Shown piece by piece: positions 7,255 to 15,073 of a stretch of 32,000 nucleotides of DNA. This stretch comes from Chlamydiales bacterium (GTDB taxonomy: Bacteria; Chlamydiota; Chlamydiia; Chlamydiales; SM23-39), in NCBI GenBank assembly GCA_965261025.1, contig OZ253438.1, positions 240,001 to 272,000 on the forward strand. Direction: 5' to 3'. Within the stretch, counting starts at the first letter, position 1. The number at the start of each line of letters is the position of its first letter. The position numbers were made by a program, and so were the translations under genes. The notes beneath the pieces are model-generated. The model was given only the letters and a program-made list of their open reading frames with translations, made no database searches and was not told the DNA's origin.

Positions 7255-9165
7255 ATGGAATGCTTGGGAGATTTTATTCTTTTAAAAGAGCTAGGACAAG
7301 GGCCCTTTTCCACTACTTATCTTGCAGAGCAAAGGTTTATCAAAAAGACCTTTGTTTTAAAAGTTTTGGATAAGACACTTTCTGCCGATCCTCTGTTTTT
7401 AGATCGTTTTGAAAGGCTTATCTCTTCCGTAGCTTCCTTAGAACACCCCTCAATTGTAAAAATACATAATATTTCTTCGCACGAAGGGACTTACTTTTTG
7501 GTCATGGATCCTTTTGTTGACTCTGTTGGAGAGACGATGAATTTAGATCGTTATTTGGATTTAAAGGGTAAAGTACTTACAGAAGCAGAGATAGAAAATA
7601 TCCTTTTACAGATAGCAGGAGCTTTAGATTATGCGCACGCTATTTCTTTTGATGAGGGGTATTTAGCTCATGGAGGGTTGAAACTTTCTAACTTACTGGT
7701 AGCAAAAAAAGAGAAAGAGCTGAGAATTTATCTTTCTGACTTTGGCTTTTCTAGAATCCTTTCTAAGGGACTTTGTCTAGCTAGAAAATGTGAAACTTTC
7801 TCTCTTGCTTTGCAGGAAAGAAAGGAAGGCTTTAATTCAGAAAGGCACTACCTTTTACATCGCTCTTTTTTGCGTGACTTTCCCTTTTTGGCTCCAGAGC
7901 AAAAAGATTTTGAAGAAGAAGAGATGCCAGATCCTTCTGTGGATGCCTATGCCTTTGGCGTTTTAGCTTATTTTTTACTTACAAAAACCTTTCCGGAAGG
8001 GTGTTTTGATCCAGTTCATTTAGGAAAATTTTCTTATAATCTTTCTTGGGACTTGCTTATCTTTCAGTCTTTGCAAAAAGATCCAAAGAACAGACCTACT
8101 AACTTAAGCAAAGCTATGGAAAAGATCCGAGGAGAGAAAAAGGCTTCTTATCCTTGGAGTGAAGTGGGTAAAAAAATTGAAGATGCGATGCAAATGTCTT
8201 TTACCTTCGGGGAGAAGAAAGCAGATAAAGTAGAGGAGATTACGAAAAAAACCCCTCTTACTTTTTATTCATCTTCTCAAGAGTCTAGTTTGAAACCCCT
8301 TTTAAAACCTCAAGAGATTCATAGGCCTCAGTATGAGCCAGATCCGGGAGCTATTTTTCAAAAAGAACTTGCCGTTTCTAGATATCAACCTGCCGAGGTT
8401 GAAGTAAAAGAGGTAGAACCTCTTTTAACAGAAATGGTTATTATACCCGGAGATACATACTTTCGAGGAAGTAATCACGGGGCAAGGGATGAGATGCCAA
8501 GACATGCCATTTCTCTATCGAGTTTTGCTCTTGATATACATCCTGTTACCAACGAGCAGTTTGTCCGGTTTTTAAGCGCTATGGGAGGAGAAAAAGATGG
8601 AAACAATAATGATATTATCCGATTGAGAGACTCTCGTATTAAAAGAAGTTCAGGAAAACTCACAATAGAATCAGGTTATGCCAGGCATCCTGTAGTGGGA
8701 GTTACTTGGTATGGGGCTTTTGCCTATGCAAAATGGGTAGGAAAAAGACTTCCTAAGGAAGGAGAATGGGAAGTTGCCTCTTACAGTGGAAAAAAAGAGG
8801 GTATGATTTATCCCACAGGGGAGGACATAGAGAGAACCAAGGCCAATTTTTTCAGTTCAGATACCACAGCGGTAATGAGCTATCCCTGCAATGAGTATGG
8901 TATTTATGACATGGCAGGGAATGTCTATGAGTGGTGTCAAGACTGGTATGCCTATAACTATTATGACACTTCCTTGCAAGAGCCTGAAGATCCTCAAGGA
9001 CCACCTCAGGGGGTTTATAGGGTGCTAAGAGGGGGCTGCTGGAAAAGTCTTAAGGAGGATCTACGCTGTTCCCATAGACATAGAAATAATCCTGGTACGG
9101 TAAATGGGACATATGGATTTCGCTGTGCAGCTGATGTCACTTCCGCTGGTAAAAATTTCCTCTGA
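7255..9165 (+). CDS. pkn1: Ser/Thr-kinase-like protein fused to a C-terminal FGE-sulfatase domain (chlamydial Pkn1 architecture)
   Basis: 636 aa. Gly-loop 'LGQGPFSTTY', 'FVLKVL', 'LSDFGFS', 'FLAPEQ'. C-terminus has '[17 protein letters not shown]', '[11 protein letters not shown]', 'RGGCW' and 'YGFRCA' (FGE-sulfatase). Confidence 0.8.
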   Translation: MECLGDFILLKELGQGPFSTTYLAEQRFIKKTFVLKVLDKTLSADPLFLDRFERLISSVASLEHPSIVKIHNISSHEGTYFLVMDPFVDSVGETMNLDRYLDLKGKVLTEAEIENILLQIAGALDYAHAISFDEGYLAHGGLKLSNLLVAKKEKELRIYLSDFGFSRILSKGLCLARKCETFSLALQERKEGFNSERHYLLHRSFLRDFPFLAPEQKDFEEEEMPDPSVDAYAFGVLAYFLLTKTFPEGCFDPVHLGKFSYNLSWDLLIFQSLQKDPKNRPTNLSKAMEKIRGEKKASYPWSEVGKKIEDAMQMSFTFGEKKADKVEEITKKTPLTFYSSSQESSLKPLLKPQEIHRPQYEPDPGAIFQKELAVSRYQPAEVEVKEVEPLLTEMVIIPGDTYFRGSNHGARDEMPRHAISLSSFALDIHPVTNEQFVRFLSAMGGEKDGNNNDIIRLRDSRIKRSSGKLTIESGYARHPVVGVTWYGAFAYAKWVGKRLPKEGEWEVASYSGKKEGMIYPTGEDIERTKANFFSSDTTAVMSYPCNEYGIYDMAGNVYEWCQDWYAYNYYDTSLQEPEDPQGPPQGVYRVLRGGCWKSLKEDLRCSHRHRNNPGTVNGTYGFRCAADVTSAGKNFL

Positions 9166-9170
9166 CGTCT
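8607..9170 (+). repeat. Direct repeat copy A (564 bp; 3' end of pkn1 plus a few bp beyond the stop)
   Basis: Aligns base-for-base with 10854-11417 (offset 2247). Substitutions at 8623, 8648, 8673 and 9126, plus a small cluster at 9159-9167. Confidence 0.95.
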
Positions 9171-9298
9171 GAGGACTGTTATGCAGTGGGTTTAATCCCC
9201 TTTTTTTGAGCCTCCAAAGCGATGGATTTACGGAGAGAAAAATATTTTCCTTTACCTATTTTGCACAAAATGTCAAATAAAGTCTTGTCTATTACAAT

Positions 9299-10723
9299 TT
9301 ACGACTTGTCTAGCAGATGTTTAAAATCAATGATTGCAGAAAAAAAGTCGCTTTCTACTACGGTTTCATCAACTCCATTCACATGAATCAAAACAGGTCG
9401 TATTGATATATTTTTAGGTAGGGTTAAACTACGAATTTTTTGTTTTACCTCATCAACAACACTTCTTGTAAGCTCTTGACTACTAAATTTAATTTCACAC
9501 AAATAACACGTTCCGAATTTTGTTTGAATCATGTAATCGATTTGACAACCTGATCGACCTTTAGCTTTACGTTGGAAAAATGGATTGTCATTCACAATCT
9601 CAGACGGATCAACATTGAGAATATGCTGTATTGCCTTGCGATTGCTGAGTACAAGATTTTCAAATTGCAACCCCATTGCTGATTGCCATTGAGGTAACAG
9701 CTTTAATCCCTGTCTTGCGATTTTCTTTTTATTTGGCTTGATATATTTCAAATAAAACCTTAAATAATTGTCTTTAAGTCGGTAATGACTCAACTTTGAA
9801 TCTTTCCCTGTTTTAAGATGCCATGTAAAATCTTGAGAAACAAACCCTGCAGTGACTAGATCTTCCATGTATCTAGAGGTCACCCCACTTTTTTCGACGT
9901 TTAAAGCTTTGTAGATATCTTTAAGCTCACACGGACCTTCAGCAAGTCTTTCGACAATTTTTTTGTAAATCGCACTTCTATTTGAAAACAAATCTGAAAA
10001 AATTCGCTCAAACTCACTAAAAAGAAATCCTTCTTTTCGAAAGCACAGTTTTTGAATATTATCCTCTGCGCTTTGATTGGGTATGATTTCTTCAAGATAG
10101 CGAGGAACTCCGCCAATGACTGAAAGAACCTTTAGTTTATCAAAAGCGGATACCCTTTTCTCTTCTGCTTTCCAAAATTTGTTACATTCATAAAGCGGAA
10201 GTTCTTCTAAAACAATGTCTAAAGAAATTCTTCCCAAAAAACCTGTGCTGCTAAGAATGTTTTCTTCTATCCAACTTGAAATTGATCCGCACAATATGAG
10301 AATCAGCTGAGGGTTATTCTTAAAATAGAGATCCCAAGCTGTTTTAAGCTTTCCTAAAAACGTAGGATCTTTTGAACCCATCCAACTGATTTCATCTAAA
10401 ACAAGAACGATTTTTCCTTTTTGAGCATGTTGTGCTAGATGCCAAAATAAATCTCCCCAGTCATCAGCCCTCGGAAGAGGGATTTTCATTTCACGTTGTA
10501 ATTGTCGAGCAAATTCCTCTCTTTGATCGGCAGCTGAAATGTTATTGGTGGGAGGAAACCCAGAAAATACATAGTGAGGTATTTTGCTAGCAAATTCTTG
10601 AGTTAAACGACTCTTTCCGATACGTCGTCTACCCCGAATAACAACAAGGCTCGACGCTTTTTTCTTAAAAAGCTCCTGTAACATCTGAAGCTCTCTTTTA
10701 CGTCCCACAAACGTATGCAGCAT
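9299..10723 (-). CDS. AAA+ ATPase (Arch_ATPase-type) with DUF234 / PD-(D/E)xK-like C-terminal domain
   Basis: 474 aa. Walker A 'RGRRRIGKSRL', Walker B 'IVLVLDEISW'. C-terminal 'QIDYMIQTKFGTCYLCEIKF' gives a D...E-x-K motif. Confidence 0.8.
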   Translation of the reverse strand: MLHTFVGRKRELQMLQELFKKKASSLVVIRGRRRIGKSRLTQEFASKIPHYVFSGFPPTNNISAADQREEFARQLQREMKIPLPRADDWGDLFWHLAQHAQKGKIVLVLDEISWMGSKDPTFLGKLKTAWDLYFKNNPQLILILCGSISSWIEENILSSTGFLGRISLDIVLEELPLYECNKFWKAEEKRVSAFDKLKVLSVIGGVPRYLEEIIPNQSAEDNIQKLCFRKEGFLFSEFERIFSDLFSNRSAIYKKIVERLAEGPCELKDIYKALNVEKSGVTSRYMEDLVTAGFVSQDFTWHLKTGKDSKLSHYRLKDNYLRFYLKYIKPNKKKIARQGLKLLPQWQSAMGLQFENLVLSNRKAIQHILNVDPSEIVNDNPFFQRKAKGRSGCQIDYMIQTKFGTCYLCEIKFSSQELTRSVVDEVKQKIRSLTLPKNISIRPVLIHVNGVDETVVESDFFSAIIDFKHLLDKS

Positions 10724-10824
10724 ATTTTTTTATCCTGTATTTTGGTGATGAATTTATCATAGCAAAAACACATCACAAAATCAATGTTTTTTGTTTTAGT
10801 GATGTACAAAAATCAAGGGTTATG

Positions 10825-10850
10825 CTAAAAAAGAGGCTGCTTTAGCAGCC
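10825..10850 (-). terminator. Rho-independent terminator candidate on the minus strand at the right edge of the cassette
   Basis: Minus-strand reading is GGCTGC-TAAA-GCAGCC followed by TCTTTTTT. The stem occupies 10835-10850. Confidence 0.5.
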
Positions 10851-10853
10851 CCC

Positions 10854-11412
10854 TAATGATATTATCCGACTGAGAGACTCTCGTATTAAAAGAAATTCAG
10901 GAAAACTCACAATAGAATCGGGTTATGCCAGGCATCCTGTAGTGGGAGTTACTTGGTATGGGGCTTTTGCCTATGCAAAATGGGTAGGAAAAAGACTTCC
11001 TAAGGAAGGAGAATGGGAAGTTGCCTCTTACAGTGGAAAAAAAGAGGGTATGATTTATCCCACAGGGGAGGACATAGAGAGAACCAAGGCCAATTTTTTC
11101 AGTTCAGATACCACAGCGGTAATGAGCTATCCCTGCAATGAGTATGGTATTTATGACATGGCAGGGAATGTCTATGAGTGGTGTCAAGACTGGTATGCCT
11201 ATAACTATTATGACACTTCCTTGCAAGAGCCTGAAGATCCTCAAGGACCACCTCAGGGGGTTTATAGGGTGCTAAGAGGGGGCTGCTGGAAAAGTCTTAA
11301 GGAGGATCTACGCTGTTCCCATAGACATAGAAATAATCCTGGTACGGTAAATGGGACATATGGATTTCGCTGCGCAGCTGATGTCACTTCCGCTGGTAAA
11401 AATTTTTCCTGA
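10854..11412 (+). pseudogene. Orphan duplicate of the 3' end of pkn1 (FGE-sulfatase domain fragment, about codons 451-636)
   Basis: About 99% identical to 8607-9165. It lacks the kinase domain and any upstream ORF continuity. The 156-aa track ORF (10942-11412) starts at an internal GTG. Confidence 0.85.
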
Positions 11413-11417
11413 CATCT
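10854..11417 (+). repeat. Direct repeat copy B
   Basis: See copy A. Confidence 0.95.
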
Positions 11418-11703
11418 AGAGAGAAAGATTAAGTAGATAATTAGAGGGGATTCTAGGGCTTTCTTCATTGAGGAGCTTCTCCTAAAGGCCTAAGAGAAGG
11501 ATCTCTTGGGTTTGCTCGTTGGTTTGTATCGATGTTTTTACTTTAGACTTTGGATTTTAAGGGGGAAGGAGCCCCGCTTTAATGAATTGCTATCTGAAAT
11601 CCAAGAGAATTTTCAATGACTTTTTATCCACTCTTGGGTGGAGGTTTTCTCTTGAAAGAGTAGGGTCATTCGTAGAGAATTAGAGGTATTTGCGGTAACC
11701 TAA

Positions 11704-12282
11704 ATGAAGGATTTTTTTTTACGATCTGAAGACCATATAGTTAGATCCAAAGATTTCTCCAAGAAATCTTTAGAGTCTCAAAATTTTGAGGAGTGCTTAT
11801 TTGAGGGGTGTAACTTCACAGAAGCTCTTTTGAAAAAGGCAAAGTTTAGTTCTTGTCTCTTTAAAAACTGTAATTTTAGTTTAGTGAAGTTAGATGAATG
11901 TCGTATCCAGGATACTCCATTTTTGGAATGCAAAATCGTAGGTGTGGAATTTTTTAAATGTGAAAAGACCTTTTTCTCAACAACTTTTCGAGGTTGTTTA
12001 GTCCAATATTGTAATTTTTCTGATCTTCGGATGAAAAATGCTTCTTTTGCTAGAAGTAAGTTGAAAGAGTGCTACTTTACCAATACATATCTAGTGGGAT
12101 CTGATTTTGAAGAGACAGATTTGATGGGAACCGTTTTTCACAATAGTGATCTTTCCCAATGTGATTTCTCTAAAGCATTGAATTACAATATTGATCCAGT
12201 AACTAATAATATTAAAAAAGCGAAATTTTCCCTTCCAGAAGCAGTAGGACTTCTACGTGGTTTTGATATTTCCCTTCTATAG
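11704..12282 (+). CDS. Pentapeptide-repeat protein
   Basis: 192 aa of tandem pentads, e.g. 'CLFEGCNFTEALLKKAKFSSCLFKNCNFSLVKLDECRIQD' and 'GSDFEETDLMGTVFHNSDLSQCDFSKA'. Confidence 0.85.
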   Translation: MKDFFLRSEDHIVRSKDFSKKSLESQNFEECLFEGCNFTEALLKKAKFSSCLFKNCNFSLVKLDECRIQDTPFLECKIVGVEFFKCEKTFFSTTFRGCLVQYCNFSDLRMKNASFARSKLKECYFTNTYLVGSDFEETDLMGTVFHNSDLSQCDFSKALNYNIDPVTNNIKKAKFSLPEAVGLLRGFDISLL

Positions 12283-12591
12283 TATCAAAAAGAGTTCTTT
12301 GACTATTTGAAAAAAGAGCCTAGGGTCCTCTTGTTTAGGTTATGCTAGATGCTTCTACATTGCTGTAAGCAAAGAATCTACGTATATTTAGAAGAGGAAG
12401 AAGGTCTCGATTTTTTACCAGCTCTTTCTAAGAAGAACTCGTATTCTTCGAGAAAGATCTTTTTTAGTTCACCAGAGTCTTTGCAAAGGATATCCCATCT
12501 GGGATTCTTCTTCTTCCCTATTATAGTGGCTTCTGTAATAACTTATTTAATGATTAAAAGAGGTTTTTGTTGGATCAAACTGGTATGTTGG

Positions 12592-13236
12592 TCAATGCAC
12601 CATTTGTCCACTAAAAATCTGTTGATTTGCAAGATCTGTTTCTATGCTGTAAATCCAGTTATTGAACAGTACTTCCTCTATAAGACAAGCATGTGTGGCA
12701 TACCTTTTTCCCAGCTTAAGTTTTTTGATCCCTTCTTGCATTTCATCTAAATGTTCTTCTTCTTCGAGAAGAATCGACTTTACATGTACTTTTGATCTAT
12801 GCTTCCGCAGCACTGCTTCGTAAATGGGATAAAATTTTTGGGCTCGAACTTCTATAGCATAAGTTACTAAAAGATAAGCAATCTTTTTCACGGAGCGTTT
12901 ATCTAGCATGCATTCTTTTATTAGGAAACGAGATATGAAAAGGTCTAATTTATTTAGGTATTGCAAAGTAGTAATTCCGCCAAGAATGGACGATGGGCAA
13001 TAATTAGGAAAAAAGGACAAAGAGACTCTTTTAATTTGCCATTTCAAATAGTGACAGTGGCGAAATTCTTCAGAGGCATGCTTAAGCATTTCTTCTTTCA
13101 CTAAAGTAGGGTGCTCACAGGCAGCTATTTTGCGAGCGCCGCAATTTTCTAAATAAGAAAGGGTATTGAGCCATTTCGCGTGAAGAATATCATTTTGGAC
13201 AATCTTAATGAGAAGAGGAATTAATTTTTTCTCCAT
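12592..13236 (-). CDS. Diiron-carboxylate (ferritin-like four-helix-bundle type) protein, fifth gene of the bio operon; function unknown
   Basis: 214 aa. Its start overlaps the bioA stop by 16 nt. Motif E30 ... E57-x-x-H60 ... E129 ... E159-x-x-H162 ('YLENCG', 'SEEFRH', 'YAIEVR', 'EEEEH'). Confidence 0.6.
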   Translation of the reverse strand: MEKKLIPLLIKIVQNDILHAKWLNTLSYLENCGARKIAACEHPTLVKEEMLKHASEEFRHCHYLKWQIKRVSLSFFPNYCPSSILGGITTLQYLNKLDLFISRFLIKECMLDKRSVKKIAYLLVTYAIEVRAQKFYPIYEAVLRKHRSKVHVKSILLEEEEHLDEMQEGIKKLKLGKRYATHACLIEEVLFNNWIYSIETDLANQQIFSGQMVH

Positions 13237-14483
13237 AAATCTCCTTCAAGGGTAAATATAATTGCATCATAGACAAGATTCAGTTCTTCTTTTGAGAAAC
13301 AGTAAGGAGGGAGAACATAGAGAACGTTTCCCAAAGGTCTTAATAAGATTTTTCTCTCGATAAAAAATTCATATAGAAAATTACCTAGAGAAGAAAAATA
13401 AGTACAATTTTCATCTTTATACTCGAGAGCTAAAATCGTTCCAAGAGATTCACACCGTTTAAGTCTTGGATGATTTTTCCATTGTTTTACAAAATTTGAG
13501 TGATACTTTTCGATCATCATTCTTTGTCTTGTACAATCTGAGGTTAGAAGAAGGTCGAGACTAGCAACAGCACTAGCACATGCTAGGGGATTAGCCGTAT
13601 AGGAATGCCCATGTAAAAGTGCTTTGTGCTTGTCTTTACAGTGGAAGAGTTTGTAAATTTCCTCTTTACAGGCGGTGGCTCCTAACGGTAAAAATCCTGC
13701 TGTGATTCCTTTAGATAAACAAATAATATCAGGATTTTCTTCTAACCTTCCGCAGGCGAAATAGGTGCCTGTTCTACCAAATCCCGTCATTACTTCATCG
13801 GCAATTGTAATAACTTCATGTTCTCGGCAAATTTTGAGAAGGTGATTCAGGGCTTTGGCTGAGTGGATCACCATTCCAGAAACTCCTTGAATTAAGGGCT
13901 CAAATAAGAAACAGGCTATTTCATTCGAGGAAAGGGCAGCTTGAAGTTCAGCAATACTTTTTTCTTCTAGACCAGAGGTGGGTGGAGTAATTGTGATTAC
14001 ATCAAAGAGATGATTCCAAAAGGGGCGATTCAAAAGGGTTTTTCCAGATACTGACATTGCTCCAAAGGTATCACCATGATAGCCCCCTTTAAAACTCACA
14101 ATTTTTGTTTTCTTTTTGCTTTTATTGTACCAGTACTGAAGTGCCATTTTTAAACCTACTTCAACGGCTGTTGAACCATTGTCTGAATAGAAAATTTTCC
14201 CCATTTTTCCTGGGAGAAGAGGAAGGATTCGAGTAGTAAGTTCTAATGCTGGTGGATGAGTAAATCCTGCAAAAATGACCTGTTCCAGCTCTAGGGCTTG
14301 TGCAGAAATTTTTTTAGCGATGTATGGGTGACAATGACCATGTAAATTGACCCACCAAGAAGAAATAGCATCTAAATAATCTAGGCCATCTTGTGAGGTT
14401 AAATAGGATCCCTCGCCTTTGATAATTTGGATAGGCTCTTTTGCTGTTTTCATTTGAGTGAAGGGATACCAGATTGCTGCCAT
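13221..14483 (-). CDS. bioA: Adenosylmethionine-8-amino-7-oxononanoate aminotransferase
   Basis: 420 aa. 'DEVMTGFGRTG' and PLP-Lys context 'CLSKGITAG'. Sits in the bio operon. Confidence 0.9.
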   Translation of the reverse strand: MAAIWYPFTQMKTAKEPIQIIKGEGSYLTSQDGLDYLDAISSWWVNLHGHCHPYIAKKISAQALELEQVIFAGFTHPPALELTTRILPLLPGKMGKIFYSDNGSTAVEVGLKMALQYWYNKSKKKTKIVSFKGGYHGDTFGAMSVSGKTLLNRPFWNHLFDVITITPPTSGLEEKSIAELQAALSSNEIACFLFEPLIQGVSGMVIHSAKALNHLLKICREHEVITIADEVMTGFGRTGTYFACGRLEENPDIICLSKGITAGFLPLGATACKEEIYKLFHCKDKHKALLHGHSYTANPLACASAVASLDLLLTSDCTRQRMMIEKYHSNFVKQWKNHPRLKRCESLGTILALEYKDENCTYFSSLGNFLYEFFIERKILLRPLGNVLYVLPPYCFSKEELNLVYDAIIFTLEGDLWRKN

Positions 14484-15073
14484 TTTTTTGCGTACCTTTG
14501 AATTGTTGATAAATTAATGCTTTTTTCTGGAAGTAACCTGCCAAGAAAGGGAACTTCGGAAAATTTTATGATTGCCTTTTCACTGTCTGGGTTGGATTTG
14601 CCGTTAAAAATGATCCCTAGAATTTTTATGGATCTTTTTTTAAGTGCCTCAATTGTGAGTAGCGTATGATTGATGCTACCTAAGTAGTGTTTTGATACAA
14701 GGATCCAGTGAGCCTTCCAGGTTTTAAAAAGATCGATGCTAAGAAGACTTTCGTTTAAAGGAACAAAAATCCCTCCAGCCATCTCAATAATCAAGGGATG
14801 ATTTGTTATAGGTGGGATGATTTTTTCAGGATGGATTATTCGGTTTTCTAAGCGGGCTGCATGATGTGGAGAAAGTGGGGCCTTAAAAGTATAAGCTGGG
14901 GGGTGAACTTTGTGATTCGAAGAAAGGAATCTTGTAATCATAGCAGAATCAGTATCGGAGGCTCCGCTTTGGACCGGCTTCCAATAATCTCCTTTAAAAA
15001 TCGTGGTAATAACTGCAGAAACAACTGTTTTACCAACTCCTGTGTTAATTCCTGCTATGATAATATCAGCCAT
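14450..15073 (-). CDS. bioD: Dethiobiotin synthetase
   Basis: 207 aa. P-loop 'GINTGVGKTVVS' and 'EMAGG'. Overlaps bioF and bioA. Confidence 0.9.
   Translation of the reverse strand: MADIIIAGINTGVGKTVVSAVITTIFKGDYWKPVQSGASDTDSAMITRFLSSNHKVHPPAYTFKAPLSPHHAARLENRIIHPEKIIPPITNHPLIIEMAGGIFVPLNESLLSIDLFKTWKAHWILVSKHYLGSINHTLLTIEALKKRSIKILGIIFNGKSNPDSEKAIIKFSEVPFLGRLLPEKSINLSTIQRYAKKWQQSGIPSLK

Larger units (their letters stand above)
9171..10853. other. 1.68-kb unique segment bracketed by the 564-bp direct repeat (inserted cassette)
   Basis: Sequence between the two repeat copies. It contains only the AAA+ ATPase gene and its flanks. Confidence 0.7.

Noticed and set aside
10942-11412. 156-aa ORF that could be annotated as a stand-alone FGE-sulfatase/SUMF1-like gene.
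   Set aside because: It is the repeated 3' end of pkn1 (about 99% identical to 8695-9165). Its 'start' is an internal GTG of the parent frame, and homology to pkn1 continues upstream of it to 10854. I treated it as a pseudogene fragment.
12349-12750. 133-aa plus-strand ORF between the pentapeptide gene and the bio operon.
   Set aside because: Its 3' half is antisense to the diiron gene. The sequence is low-complexity and hydrophobic with no motif. The 12283-12591 gap also has a minus-strand open frame ('WDILCKDSGELKKIFLEEYEFFLERAGKK...') but no start codon, so no gene was called.
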